IMG/VR virus record: IMGVR_UViG_3300011269_000004
Span: 1-55,328 of that record
Origin: a virus
Lineage: Duplodnaviria > Caudoviricetes
DNA: 55,328 bases
Reading direction: 5' to 3' (one strand)
Part shown: positions 54,946 through 55,328 of the stretch, one piece after another
Numbering within the stretch: the first letter of the stretch is position 1
Layout: each line of letters begins with the position of its first letter
Translations under genes and position numbers: made by a program
Notes under the pieces: generated by a model
Databases searched by the model: none
Told to the model about the DNA's origin: nothing
The model's input: only the letters and a program-made list of their open reading frames with translations

Positions 54946-55072
54946 GTCAGTGAGAATCGCCAATGAGCAGTACAAAGACTTGAAAGAAATATCAACGAAG
55001 CGAGGGCTGAAGATTGCTCAGGTAATCCGCCGCGCCCTTGCTCGCTACATAAATGAAGCAAGGAAAGGATAA
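54935..55072 (+). CDS. CopG-like ribbon-helix-helix regulator (45 aa, not in ORF track)
   Basis: MSTTSVRIANEQYKDLKEISTKRGLKIAQVIRRALARYINEARKG. Confidence 0.75.
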   Translation: MSTTSVRIANEQYKDLKEISTKRGLKIAQVIRRALARYINEARKG

Positions 55073-55076
55073 AATT

Positions 55077-55328
55077 ATGGCAACGTGGATTGAAGATAAA
55101 AATGGAAATCGCTGTTCGGTGGAACGATGGGGTTCGCACGAGTCCGCACAAAAAGTGCTGGCTAGTCTTGTAGGCTGCTCCGACTGCTCCGACTGCTCCG
55201 GCTGCTCCCGCTGCTCCGGCTGCTCCGACTGCTCCCGCTGCTCCGACTGCTCCCGCTGCTCCGACTGCTCCGGCTGCTCCCGCTGCTCCCGCTGCTCCGG
55301 CTGCTCCGGCTGCTCCCGCTGCTCCGAC
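55077..55328 (+). CDS. 5' part of CSx-repeat protein (continues at nt 39 across the join)
   Basis: AAGGA RBS; MATWIEDKNGNRCSVERWGS...GCSDCSDCSG...; no stop before the end. Confidence 0.85.
   Translation, partial: MATWIEDKNGNRCSVERWGSHESAQKVLASLVGCSDCSDCSGCSRCSGCSDCSRCSDCSRCSDCSGCSRCSRCSGCSGCSRCSD
55176..55328 (+). repeat. 17 x 9-bp tandem repeat TGCTCC(GAC/GGC/CGC)
   Basis: Direct reading: 153 nt = 17 units. Confidence 0.95.

Noticed and set aside
55176-55328. Terminal repeats as telomere, CRISPR or physical direct terminal repeat
   Set aside because: In-frame coding repeat; the 38-nt identity is best explained as an assembly overlap

Overview
The window appears to be a complete, circularly permuted ~55.3-kb tailed dsDNA phage genome with podovirus-like gene order. 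The first and last 38 nt are identical and fall inside one gene. The host is probably diderm, tentatively Acidobacteriota, inferred only from Sec/Tat/lipoprotein signals and an ASH-type Ig domain. The + strand (52438 through the join to 13796) carries early, recombination and lysis genes: clamp-loader-like AAA+ ATPase, PD-(D/E)XK nuclease, RHH regulator, KTSC, RecT-like annealase, MazG, three HNH proteins, RyR, DUF1643 and an M15 endolysin. The - strand (47944 to 13804) carries the morphogenesis operon: terminase, portal, scaffold, capsid, adaptor, split nozzle, ejection proteins, five fibre/spike genes and a holin. No integrase, polymerase, helicase or primase was recognised. Top candidate system: a solo RAMP/Cas7-like gene (3398-4011, one-base frameshift) flanked on both sides by non-coding arrays of 5-nt GGY-NN units, suggesting a non-CRISPR RNA-guided module. 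Other highlights: five tail genes that all carry Sec signal peptides, a Tat-signal protein that is a capsid-domain paralogue, a ~370-nt pseudoknotted RNA-like region, a tRNA-like element inside a Pth2 ORF, and four unannotated protamine-like peptides. All calls come from reading motifs by eye; no database search was run.
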